A stretch of 64,000 nt of DNA from Roseibacillus sp. (GCA_051251855.1 JBPOGI010000001.1:1792001-1856000), one strand, 5' to 3'. Positions 50,423 through 60,500 are shown, numbered from the stretch's first letter. Program-made: numbers and translations. The notes: generated by a model not told the origin, from the letters alone.

Positions 50423-50876
50423 CTTCGAAGAAAAAGCCAAAGAAGCCCTCTCCAACCCTCAAAACGTCGGCGAGATGAGCGATGCCGATAGCGTGGGCAC
50501 CGTGGGCTCCCCCGATTGCGGCGATATGGTTCGTATGTGGCTCAAGTTTACCGAGAAGGATGGCAAAAAAGTCATCGACCGGGCCTCATTCCAAGCATTC
50601 GGTTGCCAAACCGCCATCGCTGTTGCCTCCATGGCCACCCAACTGCTCAAGGGAAAATCTCCCGAAGAAGCCGCCGCCCTTAAGCCCGAGGACCTCACTG
50701 GCGACCTTGGGCCCCTTCCTCCCATGAAAATTCACTGCGGTCAACTCGTCGAAAACGCCCTCAAAAACGCCCTCGAAGGAACCACCACAGAGAGCGCCGC
50801 CGGAGAAACCATCGCCTCTAACATTTCCCAGAACAAGCCCAAAGGCACCATCCGAATCGTGCCCGTAGAGGACTAG
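50415..50876 (+). CDS. iscU: IscU/NifU-like Fe-S cluster scaffold protein
   Basis: NPQNVG, GSPDCGD, FGCQTAIA, LPPMKIHC; ATG 50415 overlaps the upstream stop. Confidence 0.88.
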   Translation: MSNFEEKAKEALSNPQNVGEMSDADSVGTVGSPDCGDMVRMWLKFTEKDGKKVIDRASFQAFGCQTAIAVASMATQLLKGKSPEEAAALKPEDLTGDLGPLPPMKIHCGQLVENALKNALEGTTTESAAGETIASNISQNKPKGTIRIVPVED

Positions 50877-50912
50877 CTTTGCCTCTCAGGAGTCAGCAAT
50901 CATAGTAAGACC

Positions 50913-50938
50913 GTAGGGAGCGACGGCCCTGTCGCGCC
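50913..50938. repeat. GTAG-type REP-like palindrome
   Basis: GTAG followed by gcgacgg-cc-ctgtcgc hairpin, between convergent genes; single copy in the window. Confidence 0.4.
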
Positions 50939-51011
50939 ACGATCATTGATTGAGAGTTCAAGGCCTCGGATGGATTCCCGCTCCCATATTTTCAAGTAAA
51001 ACCAAATGGTC

Positions 51012-51365
51012 CTAGCGAGAAAACTCCCCAATCTTCACGCTGCCTTCTCCCTCATATCCCTCCGGCTTAAAGACGGTGAGCACATGCTTCCGCGTTTCCA
51101 TTCTGGATTCATCTTCGTTCAAAAAAATCACAGCTGGCTCAAACTCCTTAGTCGCCACAAACTTCCGTTCTGAGACATTTTTGATGCGATAGCCTTCTTT
51201 CCGCAAGATTTCTTCCGAACCTACCATCGATTTAGGAAGGTTGAGATATCCCTCCATCTTAATCTCCTGTTTCGGTGTGGGTGACGCGGCCATCTTTCCT
51301 TGGTTGGCGCAGGATGCCAAAACGAAAACTCCGAACGCCACAGAAGAGACCAACATCTTTTTCAT
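51012..51365 (-). CDS. Hypothetical lipoprotein
   Basis: MKKMLVSSVAFGVFVLASC contains a lipobox. Confidence 0.65.
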   Translation of the reverse strand: MKKMLVSSVAFGVFVLASCANQGKMAASPTPKQEIKMEGYLNLPKSMVGSEEILRKEGYRIKNVSERKFVATKEFEPAVIFLNEDESRMETRKHVLTVFKPEGYEGEGSVKIGEFSR

Positions 51366-51463
51366 AGATTTCCCGTATACCAAATCGACACACTTTTCTA
51401 TTCGAAAAAGAATCGCAACTCTTGAGCCTTGTCTCTTGAAGCCTGTTGTCCTACCTCCCCCTC

Positions 51464-52759
51464 ATGTCCGTTCGCACTCGCTTTGCCCCCTCGCCCACCG
51501 GCTATCTTCATGTCGGTGGCGCTCGCACCGCTCTCTTTAACTGGCTTTTCGCGCGCAAGCACGGCGGTTCCTTCGTCCTTCGCGTCGAGGATACCGACGA
51601 GGCACGCAACACCGACGAAGCGCGCAAGGCCATCTTCGACGGCATGAGCTGGCTCGGTCTCGACTGGGACGAAGGCGAAGGCCAAGGCGGCGACTACGGC
51701 CCTTACAACCAATCTGAGCGCACCGCCATCTACCAAAAACACTTCGACACTCTTCTCGAAGCCGGCCGTGTCTACGAAGATGACGGCGCTTGGCGCTTCC
51801 GCTTCGAGCGCAAACCCGTCATCATGAACGACCTCGTTGCTGGCGAAGTCACCATCGACTACACTGACGAATCCAACACCCCCGACATGGTCATCCGCCG
51901 TTCCGACGGATCTTTCGTCTTCCACTTCGTCAACGTCGTGGACGACCTTGAAATGAAGATCAGCCACGTCATTCGCGGCGAGGACCACCTCATGAATACC
52001 CCCAAGCACCTCCAGCTTTTTGAAGCCCTCGGAGTCGCTCCTCCCCAATACGCGCACCTTCCCCTCATCCTCAACTCCGACGGGTCCAAGATGTCCAAGC
52101 GCGACGAAGGCGCCGCCGTCGCCGACTACGCCATCAAAGGTTTCCTCTCCCCTGCTACCGTCAACTTCCTAGCCCTCCTCGGTTGGTCACCCAAGGACGA
52201 CTCCGAAGTCTTTTCCCTCGCTGAACTCATTGAAAAATTCTCCCTCGAGTCCGTCAACCGCGCGCCTGCAAAATACGACGCCCAGAAGTGCACTTGGCTC
52301 AACCAGCAGCACCTCCTCGCGCTCACCCCCCAAGATTTTGCCGCCGCTGCCACCCCCTACTGCCAACCTCTCCCCGACAACTTCGAAGCCATTGCCACCT
52401 CCATACAAGAGAAAGTCTCCCTCCTCACGGAAGTCCCCGAAGCCATCGCCTTCTACTCGGATCCGAACTACCCCATCGACCCTGAGCAACTCTCCAAAGT
52501 CGCCAAGAACGACCAAGCGGCACCACTTCTAACATCCCTTGCCGAGACCTTCCAAAGTTTATCTGACTGGACCCTAGCCAAAGACACCATCACCGAAACA
52601 GCCAAGGCCAATGGAGCAAAACCCGGTCAACTCATGTTTCCCCTTCGCATTGCTCTTTCTGGCAAAGGGGGCGGACCCGACCTCGGCGCCATCCTCGCTA
52701 TTCTCGGTAAAGAAGAGTCTGTCCGCAGGATTTTGCGCACAGTCAGCCTTTTAAATTGA
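51464..52759 (+). CDS. gltX: Glutamate--tRNA ligase
   Basis: RFAPSPTGYLHVGG, KMSKR, anticodon-binding tail PLRIALSG. Confidence 0.95.
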   Translation: MSVRTRFAPSPTGYLHVGGARTALFNWLFARKHGGSFVLRVEDTDEARNTDEARKAIFDGMSWLGLDWDEGEGQGGDYGPYNQSERTAIYQKHFDTLLEAGRVYEDDGAWRFRFERKPVIMNDLVAGEVTIDYTDESNTPDMVIRRSDGSFVFHFVNVVDDLEMKISHVIRGEDHLMNTPKHLQLFEALGVAPPQYAHLPLILNSDGSKMSKRDEGAAVADYAIKGFLSPATVNFLALLGWSPKDDSEVFSLAELIEKFSLESVNRAPAKYDAQKCTWLNQQHLLALTPQDFAAAATPYCQPLPDNFEAIATSIQEKVSLLTEVPEAIAFYSDPNYPIDPEQLSKVAKNDQAAPLLTSLAETFQSLSDWTLAKDTITETAKANGAKPGQLMFPLRIALSGKGGGPDLGAILAILGKEESVRRILRTVSLLN

Positions 52760-52825
52760 GCTTGTCAGATTTCTGGCTCATCCCCTGCTCATCTCCGACG
52801 AGAAACCTCAAATCTCCACTCCGAA

Positions 52826-53191
52826 ATGAGCAAGAATAAAGAATTAAAGAAGCTCGAAGAACAGGTCGTAACCCTTCGCAACCAGAAGTTCATCCTTGAT
52901 GCCAATTTGGCCAAAATGCTGGGAACCACCACCTCCAGCCTTCTACAAATGGTCGCGAAGAATAGCGCACGCTTTCCAAAAACCTTCATAAGTCCGGCCA
53001 AGAAAGAAGAAGTCGACCTTCTCATCGAGAAAAAACACCTCACCAAAAAGCAAGCTACTAGCCGCACCAAGCCGCCCCTCCTCTTCACTGAGCCGGGAGC
53101 CTATATGACTTCCCTTCTTCTCAAGACTGAGACCGCCGACAAACTTTCCGTCGCCGTCCTCAGCACCTTCCTCGAAAAGGAAAACGCATAA
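52826..53191 (+). CDS. ORF6N-domain putative DNA-binding protein
   Basis: LRNQKFILDANLA...KNSARFP...FTEPGAYMTSLLLKTETA follows the ORF6N pattern. Confidence 0.7.
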   Translation: MSKNKELKKLEEQVVTLRNQKFILDANLAKMLGTTTSSLLQMVAKNSARFPKTFISPAKKEEVDLLIEKKHLTKKQATSRTKPPLLFTEPGAYMTSLLLKTETADKLSVAVLSTFLEKENA

Positions 53192-53279
53192 TCGGCCCCA
53201 AAAGTCGGCCCAAAAAAACTGCCGAGATCTTTACGCGATTTCGCGTGAATTCGGAAGCGTTCTCGGTTGGAATCTCCCC

Positions 53280-54509
53280 ATGCGCGAACTCAAGGATGGC
53301 ATCCGGTCCAAGGTGAAACTCGACTTTCAAGGTCGCGTTCACAAATGGTTCCGAGGCACTGACGCCGACAAGCGCTACGCCAATGAAGTCGCAGTCCTCA
53401 AGACCCTGGAAGAACGCGGCTGCCCCTATGTGCCCCAACTACTCGAAGAACACCCCGAGGAAGTCTACTTCGTCTCCACCAACTGCGGAGCACCCGCTGA
53501 TGGCATCTCAAAAGCCAAATCAGACGGCCTTTTCGCCGAGCTCGAGCACGACTACGGCGTCCGTCATGACGACCCTGAGCCACGCAACGTCACCTACAAT
53601 GCCAAGCAAGGACGCTTTAATCTCATCGACTTCGAACTCGCCACCATTCTGCCGCAAGACAACACCACGCCCTCAACAGGCGACAGCGATATCATCCGCG
53701 TCACTTGGGCCGCAGCCTCCCGCCAAGGCAAGACACACAAAGCCAATGACGATTTCTGGCTCGCTCTTCGCATCAACGAAGAGGGCTCTCTCAATGCCGC
53801 CGCCGCTGGCGAAACACTCCTGGACCCCGAACATCTGGTCCTCGCAGTGTCTGACGGAATGGGCGGCAATGCTGCCGGCGAACTCGCCTCTCGCCTGATC
53901 ATGGCTTGGATTCGCAAGCACGCGGCCCAACTTTACGCAACCGCACAAGACGATATCGAAATGGCGAAGCGCCTGCGCACCCTCGTCGAAGAAGCTCATC
54001 AGGGACTCAACGAAGTCGCGGCCAAAGACCTCGCCGCCCTCAAGGGCATGGGAGCCACCCTCTCCCTCGTCTACATTGCCCCCGGCAAAGCGCACTTCGC
54101 TCATATCGGAGACTCCCGCATCTATTTGGCCGAACCTACGACCGGCGAAGCCCCTCGCGCTCTCACCACCGATCACAACTATGCCTGGCGCGATTGGAAA
54201 GCTGGAAAAATTACTGAAGTCGCCTATCGCATGCACCCCCGCCGCTCCGTTCTCTATGATGTCATGGGTGGAAACCACGCTAACATTTCACCTCAAATCG
54301 GGACCGTCCCCCTCACCCTTCCTGCGCGCTTTCTCCTCTGCACCGACGGAGTCAGCGACGGCTTCTGGGAAAAACACTTTCATGGGGCCATGCTTTCCCA
54401 AGCCAAGACGAAAGAACTTTGCCACGAAGTCCTCGAAAAATCATATCAAGCCTGTGGAAAAGACGACACTTCACTCATCATCGCTGATGTGGCCTCGCTT
54501 CAGAAGTGA
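53280..54509 (+). CDS. Fusion of a short kinase-like domain and a PP2C-family Ser/Thr phosphatase
   Basis: N-terminal RHDDPEPRNV and LIDFE; C-terminal NDDF, VSDGMGG, HIGDSR, LCTDG, DDTS. Confidence 0.85.
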   Translation: MRELKDGIRSKVKLDFQGRVHKWFRGTDADKRYANEVAVLKTLEERGCPYVPQLLEEHPEEVYFVSTNCGAPADGISKAKSDGLFAELEHDYGVRHDDPEPRNVTYNAKQGRFNLIDFELATILPQDNTTPSTGDSDIIRVTWAAASRQGKTHKANDDFWLALRINEEGSLNAAAAGETLLDPEHLVLAVSDGMGGNAAGELASRLIMAWIRKHAAQLYATAQDDIEMAKRLRTLVEEAHQGLNEVAAKDLAALKGMGATLSLVYIAPGKAHFAHIGDSRIYLAEPTTGEAPRALTTDHNYAWRDWKAGKITEVAYRMHPRRSVLYDVMGGNHANISPQIGTVPLTLPARFLLCTDGVSDGFWEKHFHGAMLSQAKTKELCHEVLEKSYQACGKDDTSLIIADVASLQK

Positions 54510-55052
54510 TGTGTATGCTGGAGTCCTGTCGGCCCCGCCAGAACCTATCGGTTCCAAGCGAACACTATCAACCCGCCCTCCTTTTTCTTGACCTGAGACC
54601 TCCACGTCTTCCCGAGGATTAGCGCGCTCATGATGCCGCACCGTCTCCTGAGACTCCTCGACATAGAAGGAGGCGGAAATAAAGATACAAGCCATTCCAA
54701 CAGAGACAAAAGGGACAGCAATAGCAGCACTCATTTTTCTTAGATTTCGACGTTCCGACTGAGAGAAAACTAGTTAAAGAGCAAACGAAAACTCCCAACT
54801 AAAAGTTCCCGTTATTTATATAAGTATTAATATATGATTGCAAGGGTTTATTTTCTTATAGCTCGAAATTTACGAGAATTTGGATGGAAGTGCCTCCTTT
54901 TCCAAAAGGCCATATAGGAAAAACACCATTATCGCATGAAAGTCTCCATCCCACCCCGCCTCTGAGCACCCCTCGAGATAAAATCATGCCGCCTCAACTG
55001 AATAGCGTTGACCTCCTTGAGCCCACCCGTTTCTCTCTTCTCCCGACACGAA

Positions 55053-55068
55053 TGGCACAATACCTGCT
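55053..55068 (+). promoter_or_regulatory. Sigma-54 (-24/-12) promoter of glnII
   Basis: TGGCACA-ATAC-CTGCT has exact GG-N10-GC spacing and lies about 60 bp upstream of ATG 55127. Confidence 0.75.
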
Positions 55069-55126
55069 TTTTCGTGAGAAGATTCCCAAGCAACACGAGG
55101 GACTCTCTTAAGAACCACATAAGAAA

Positions 55127-56134
55127 ATGGCAAAATACAAACTCGAATACGTTTGGCTCGACGGATCTACCCCCGTTCAAGGCCTTCGCAGTAAGTTCCA
55201 GATGAAGGAGTATGCCTCCGAACCGACCCTCGAAGAGATCCCAGAATGGGGTTTTGACGGTTCCTCAACCGGTCAAGCAGATGGCGGCGACTCTGATTGC
55301 ATCCTCAAGCCTGTTGCTCTTTACCTCGATGCAACTCGTGAAGACAGCTACCTCGTCATGTGCGAAGTAATGCTTCCCGATGGCTCTCCGCACCCCACCA
55401 ACACACGTGCGGGCATCATCGATGACCCAGGTGCTTGGTTTGGTTTCGAGCAAGAATACTTCCTCGTTAAGGACGGACGCCCCCTCGGTTTCCCCGAAGG
55501 CGGATACCCCGAGCCACAAGGACCTTACTACTGTGGCGTCGGCTTCAAATCAGTCGGAGCCATTGGCCGCTTGATTGTCGAAGAGCACCTCGACCTCTGT
55601 CTTGCAGCTGGCATCAACCACGAAGGCGTCAATGCCGAGGTGGCTTCTGGTCAGTGGGAATTCCAAATCTTTGGGAAAGGATCCAAAAGGGCAGCCGATC
55701 AAATCTGGATGGCTCGCTATCTCCTCCTTCGTCTCTGCGAAGCCTACGAAGTGGAAGTCGACTTCCATTGTAAGCCCATCAAAGGCGACTGGAACGGATC
55801 TGGTATGCACGCCAACTTTTCGACCGATAAACTTCGTGACGAAGGCGGCAAGGAGTATTTCGAAAAGCTCATGGCTGGATTCGAAAAGAACATCGAAGAG
55901 CACATCGCCGTCTACGGACCCGACAACGACATGCGCCTCACTGGTCTCCACGAAACCCAGTCCATCGACAAGTTCTCTTGGGGGATTGCTGACCGTGGTG
56001 CCTCTATCCGCGTTCCTCACAGTTTTCCAAAGAACGATTGGAAAGGTTACCTCGAGGACCGTCGCCCCAACTCCGAGGGTGACCCATACGCCATCGCTGC
56101 GCGTATTCTCCAAACCATCGCCGAAGTGGGCTAG
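55127..56134 (+). CDS. glnII: Glutamine synthetase type II
   Basis: 335 aa; LEYVWLDG, WGFDGSST, FGFEQEY, GQWEFQ, DWNGSGMH, RLTGLHET, YLEDRRP. Confidence 0.95.
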   Translation: MAKYKLEYVWLDGSTPVQGLRSKFQMKEYASEPTLEEIPEWGFDGSSTGQADGGDSDCILKPVALYLDATREDSYLVMCEVMLPDGSPHPTNTRAGIIDDPGAWFGFEQEYFLVKDGRPLGFPEGGYPEPQGPYYCGVGFKSVGAIGRLIVEEHLDLCLAAGINHEGVNAEVASGQWEFQIFGKGSKRAADQIWMARYLLLRLCEAYEVEVDFHCKPIKGDWNGSGMHANFSTDKLRDEGGKEYFEKLMAGFEKNIEEHIAVYGPDNDMRLTGLHETQSIDKFSWGIADRGASIRVPHSFPKNDWKGYLEDRRPNSEGDPYAIAARILQTIAEVG

Positions 56135-56160
56135 TCTTTCGACTTTCAACTGATTTCAAG

Positions 56161-56196
56161 AGAACCCTGGGTCTTCGGACTCAGGGTTCTTTTTTT
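56161..56196 (+). terminator. Rho-independent terminator
   Basis: Stem agaaccctgggtc/gactcagggttct with a TTCG loop, followed by a T run. Confidence 0.9.
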
Positions 56197-56226
56197 GGCC
56201 CGAAGCGACAACCACTGCAGCTCAAG

Positions 56227-57084
56227 CTAATCCCCAAAAACAATGGCGCGCGTACCATCAATGATCGCCCGGTCCTGCACATGATACCGGATCCCCTTTG
56301 CCAACGCCGAGCGCTCGCAGTCCCTCCCTAATCGAACCATATCTAGCGCAGAGTGAGTGTGCTGAACCCGCGCCACTTCTTGCTCAATAATTGGACCTGC
56401 ATCCAAGTCCCCTGTCACATAGTGGCAGGTCGCACCAATCAACTTCACGCCCCGCTCATAAGCCTTACGATAAGGATTTGCCCCAATAAAGGCAGGCAAG
56501 AAACTGTGATGGATATTGATTACTCGTCCCTCGTACTTCTCGCACATCCACTGCGGTACAATCTGCATGAAACGCGCCAAGACCACCAACTCCACTCCTT
56601 GCTCATCGATGAGACGCTCAATCTCTCTGAACCCAGCCTCCTTATCCTCGACCATCTCAACATAATGAAAGGGAAGTCCCTCGCGCTCAGCGAGATCACG
56701 ACAATCCTCTCGATTTCCAATTACCGAAGTTACCTCAATCGGCATCTCTCCAATCCGAGTTCTCCACAGTATCTCGTTTAAACAATGATCTGTTTTCGTG
56801 ACCAAAACAGCCGTCTTCATACGATAAGGAAGTCGCCGAAAATGCCACTTACCGCCCACAGCTTTCCCCATCACCTCAAAGCCCCTGATGAAGTCGTCCA
56901 CCCCCACTGTCATATCTGAAGTATCAATCTCAAGGCGCGCAAAGAACCGAGAGCCTTCAGTGTCGGTAAACTGATTAAACTCCACCAAGTTACCTTTGTA
57001 CTCTGCTGCATAACCCGCAATCTTGGCAACCAAGCCAGGCTGATCGGGACAATCAATTTTAAGAATAAGACCTTCTTGAGACAT
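56227..57084 (-). CDS. purU: Formyltetrahydrofolate deformylase
   Basis: ACT domain CPDQPGLVA; LARFMQ, INIHHSFLP, GVKLIGATCHYV, LDAGPIIEQ. Confidence 0.95.
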   Translation of the reverse strand: MSQEGLILKIDCPDQPGLVAKIAGYAAEYKGNLVEFNQFTDTEGSRFFARLEIDTSDMTVGVDDFIRGFEVMGKAVGGKWHFRRLPYRMKTAVLVTKTDHCLNEILWRTRIGEMPIEVTSVIGNREDCRDLAEREGLPFHYVEMVEDKEAGFREIERLIDEQGVELVVLARFMQIVPQWMCEKYEGRVINIHHSFLPAFIGANPYRKAYERGVKLIGATCHYVTGDLDAGPIIEQEVARVQHTHSALDMVRLGRDCERSALAKGIRYHVQDRAIIDGTRAIVFGD

Positions 57085-57310
57085 TCGAGGTGATTCTCCC
57101 CTCTTCGCCTCCATCTGCCAACGACTATTTCAAAATCCTAGCCAACTCACTCGGGTAAGCGGTTCAAAACCAGAATCGGAGGAGTTGTTTTGACAAGACA
57201 GCCCCCAATCGTAATAGAGCGGTCGAATCGCCAGCACTCAGCGGATGCGAGCGGCCAGAATAGAGACCTCCAACTTCTCGCCGACCGTTCATCAAGTGCT
57301 CTCTATCGCA

Positions 57311-57490
57311 CTAATCCTTCTGCTCCAGAACACTCTTCCCAATCAAAATTCCTCCCACAACCGAAAGCACCGATCCAAAGCCCACTCCTATCGCCAAGCC
57401 AACCGGACCTTCCAAGGGCCCCTCGCCAGCCAATAAAAAGACGATCATCGCCAGCAAGAGAGCCACCCCACCTGCTACGCGCTTAAACAT
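57311..57490 (-). CDS. Small two-TM membrane protein (59 aa)
   Basis: Shorter than any ORF in the track. Manual translation: MFKRVAGGVALLLAMIVFLLAGEGPLEGPVGLAIGVGFGSVLSVVGGILIGKSVLEQKD*. Starts 25 bp after the secretin stop. Confidence 0.55.
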   Translation of the reverse strand: MFKRVAGGVALLLAMIVFLLAGEGPLEGPVGLAIGVGFGSVLSVVGGILIGKSVLEQKD

Positions 57491-57515
57491 ATTACCAGAA
57501 TTGAGAGCCTATCGA

Positions 57516-59948
57516 CTACCGCCCTGCGGCCGCTCGCTTCTTTTTATCATAAAGCGCTTTTTGGATAGGAGACATTGGACGACGTTCAGCTCCACCAGGC
57601 GTCGTTGAACCAGTCTGGGATACACCTTGTCCACTGTTAGAAAGACGAGGAACGATACGATCAATGGCACTATTTCTTCGCGGCTCATATTTAGGAGCAC
57701 TAAATTGCTTACGAGAAGCTCCACTGATGTTGCTGCCGTAATCGTAAACTTCCTGATATTGATTCAGCTGAACCTGCCCATCTACGATCGTAGGACGAAT
57801 CATAATGACCAGCTCTGAACGCGCGAAAGCATCAGAGTTTTCCTTGAAGAGCTTTCCAAGCAAAGGAATTGACCTAAGAATGGGAACTCCTGAGTCAGCT
57901 TCACTCTCGTCATCTTCGATTAATCCTCCCAACAAGACCGCCGCCCCATTTGGAACCGTCACCGTTGTCTCCAACTGATCTGAAAGAAAGTCGGGAATAT
58001 CTTCATTATCGACACTACTACCCGAGCCCACGTTTTCTCGAACAATAGAAATCTCCAAGGTGATCTCTTCACTCGAATTCACAAGTGGTCTTACGAGAAG
58101 CTCGAGGCCAACATCGCGAAAATCAGTACTCACGTTACTAAAACTCGCACCTGAACTCTCCGTAGTAATCGCAATTTGCCGGCCGGAAGAGATACGAGCC
58201 TCTTTATTATTCGTCGTAAAGACAGTCGGACGGGCAAAGCTCCTGAAATTGGTGTAAGACTCGAGAGCTCTCACAAAAATCCCAAAGTCACCAGCGATTC
58301 CCTGCGCGTTAAGACCGCCACCAAAGCTAGAGGTAGCCAGCGCACTATTATCTGCGATATTCGCAAAACTATTGATGATGTTAGGGCTAATGAATCCAGC
58401 ACCTGACAAAGTCTGAGCCGCGATCCCATTGCCTTCGAGCAACTGAGCTAGATTGATTCCAAAGGAAAGGTTGTCGACCACTCCATAGCGGGCAAAGACC
58501 GCCTCGATGGCAACTTGCTCATTCCTGACATCGAGCTCATTCAAAAGTGATTCAACCATCTCGATATGGTGAGGAGGCCCTTGGACAATGATACTGTTAG
58601 TTACATTATCGCTCACCAAGAGAGTGCTGCCTACCAGAATACTTTCCGGCTCCGTCGGACGATCAGAACCATTCAAGGAAGCGGATCCAATACTTCCTCC
58701 ACTGCTGCTTCCTCCACCAAGCCCCGAATTCGCACGATTATTCGTGTTATTGTTTCGAGTATTATTGTTGTTGGTCCCTGTCGTTCTGTTGTTGGCACCC
58801 GCTGTCGAACGGTTGCCTCCTGCAGAAGCCCCTCCCCCAGCCGCATTCGCTCCCAAGGTGCTATTGATCGCACTTTCAGCAACCGGCATGAACTCATAAA
58901 CTGGCAGGTACTTGAGCTTCCGACGTAGGAAGTTTCGGTCGCTACTCTTCACATCCCACTGCGCAATCAGCTCCTTGATGAACACGAGGTCGATAGGACG
59001 ACCCATCAGGAAAATCCGGTTGGTGCGGCTATCTGGCGTGATTTGAGGCGGATTCTCTTCTCCCGCCGCACTGCTTCCAGCAGAGTTCCCAGCTAGACCT
59101 GGAATGGGGGGCGTATTAGTCGCCTGCTGACGCTGAACTCCCGCTGACTGATTCGATGAAGCCTGCGAATTAAACATCTCATTGAGCTGGTCTGCCAACT
59201 CCTGCACGTCTGCATAAACAATCTCTACCCAAGCAGTCCCCACCTGTGCGGAAGGAACGTCAATCTCTTGTTTGATCTTGAGAAGACTCTGAATCAAAGG
59301 AGCTTTCTCGGTGATAATCAAAGAAGAAGCATTCTTCACCTCAGCAATCGTGCCGCCTGGTCGAAACTGCCCATAGATTTGAGTAAATGCTCGCAACGCC
59401 TCTTCTGGCTTCAAATACTGAAACTTCATCACGTAAGTGACGACCCCGTTCTCGAGTGCGAGCTGTGAAGCATCGGTCAACACCTTCACCGGAGTAACCG
59501 TCGTAGCCGGTCCACCAGGTTGATTGACCCCCAGCATACTCACAATGTTAGGATTACGCTGAGAAGGATTCAGCTGGTAACCTTCCATCAGTAAGAATTC
59601 CTCAAGTAACTCGGCAACCTCACGATTAGTCAAGCCACCCGCCTGCACAAAAGAGAACTGCACATCTTTCACCACCGATGGGACCAACACCCTCTTACCA
59701 GTCACTGACTGATAAAGAGAAGCCATTCCATAGCCGTCCACATTCAAGAGCTCGAGACCTCCCGGATAAAGAGCATCAGGGTCAGGCTTCTTGAGCATCT
59801 GCGTCAAGTTCTGAGGAGCAGGATCGCCTTCTTCAGGCTCGCCACCCGGGATCCCACGAACGCCAGGCAAGCCGGGAATGGGAGGAGTCTGAGCCATGGC
59901 AAAGCCCACTAGGGCAGCGCTCAGCAATAAAAATTTACAAGTAGACAT
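57516..59948 (-). CDS. gspD: Type II secretion system secretin
   Basis: N-domain repeats (DSRTNRIF, DNVTNSIIVQG), secretin core DVGLELLVRP, LLGGLI, GVPILRSIPLLGKLF, ELVIMIRP. Confidence 0.9.
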   Translation of the reverse strand: MSTCKFLLLSAALVGFAMAQTPPIPGLPGVRGIPGGEPEEGDPAPQNLTQMLKKPDPDALYPGGLELLNVDGYGMASLYQSVTGKRVLVPSVVKDVQFSFVQAGGLTNREVAELLEEFLLMEGYQLNPSQRNPNIVSMLGVNQPGGPATTVTPVKVLTDASQLALENGVVTYVMKFQYLKPEEALRAFTQIYGQFRPGGTIAEVKNASSLIITEKAPLIQSLLKIKQEIDVPSAQVGTAWVEIVYADVQELADQLNEMFNSQASSNQSAGVQRQQATNTPPIPGLAGNSAGSSAAGEENPPQITPDSRTNRIFLMGRPIDLVFIKELIAQWDVKSSDRNFLRRKLKYLPVYEFMPVAESAINSTLGANAAGGGASAGGNRSTAGANNRTTGTNNNNTRNNNTNNRANSGLGGGSSSGGSIGSASLNGSDRPTEPESILVGSTLLVSDNVTNSIIVQGPPHHIEMVESLLNELDVRNEQVAIEAVFARYGVVDNLSFGINLAQLLEGNGIAAQTLSGAGFISPNIINSFANIADNSALATSSFGGGLNAQGIAGDFGIFVRALESYTNFRSFARPTVFTTNNKEARISSGRQIAITTESSGASFSNVSTDFRDVGLELLVRPLVNSSEEITLEISIVRENVGSGSSVDNEDIPDFLSDQLETTVTVPNGAAVLLGGLIEDDESEADSGVPILRSIPLLGKLFKENSDAFARSELVIMIRPTIVDGQVQLNQYQEVYDYGSNISGASRKQFSAPKYEPRRNSAIDRIVPRLSNSGQGVSQTGSTTPGGAERRPMSPIQKALYDKKKRAAAGR

Positions 59949-59954
59949 GATAGA

Positions 59955-60500
59955 TTATTTCTTGGGTGGGACAGGCACCCGACGGACGCGAGGCGTAGGT
60001 TTGGTTGCTTGCTTATTGGAGCTGTTAGAATTTGGCATTGGAGGCTTCTGCTTAGCAGCCTGTTGCGCTGCCGCGTTATTTTTGGCTGCCGGAGGCTGTT
60101 GCAGTGTCAGAAACTTATCTTCGTATCCGATCCACTTTTTATCGCTCCCCATCTGAATCAAAACCTCGCTCGATTTATAATTCATTGGATCGCGTTTCAC
60201 TTCCACTACTTGATACCCCCCCTTGTTCGGCATTCCAGGCGCAATCGTAATGCGCTCCTTAGGATTCTTACTGTTGATGAGACTGACCAAATAGCCCTGC
60301 GAAGTCTGGGTCCAACCTCCGAGAACGTAATCATCGAGTTCGGTCACCTTTACCACCTCCTCTTTTTCCGGCGGTGGCGGCGGCACGGTCACCAATGACT
60401 TCTCCCAAAGCTGACGATACTTGGTCAACGGGTCCTTACGAGGTGCCTGCGCAGAAGCCAACACGCTTCCCCCCACTAAAAGAATCAAAACAAATTTCAT
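59955..60500 (-). CDS. T2SS-associated hypothetical protein (GspC-like position)
   Basis: Signal peptide, Pro-rich; lies in the operon between the GspM-like gene and gspD. Confidence 0.6.
   Translation of the reverse strand: MKFVLILLVGGSVLASAQAPRKDPLTKYRQLWEKSLVTVPPPPPEKEEVVKVTELDDYVLGGWTQTSQGYLVSLINSKNPKERITIAPGMPNKGGYQVVEVKRDPMNYKSSEVLIQMGSDKKWIGYEDKFLTLQQPPAAKNNAAAQQAAKQKPPMPNSNSSNKQATKPTPRVRRVPVPPKK

Noticed and set aside
54471..54734. 87-aa minus-strand ORF
   Set aside because: Overlaps the phosphatase gene end and has no recognisable motif; at most a gene remnant.
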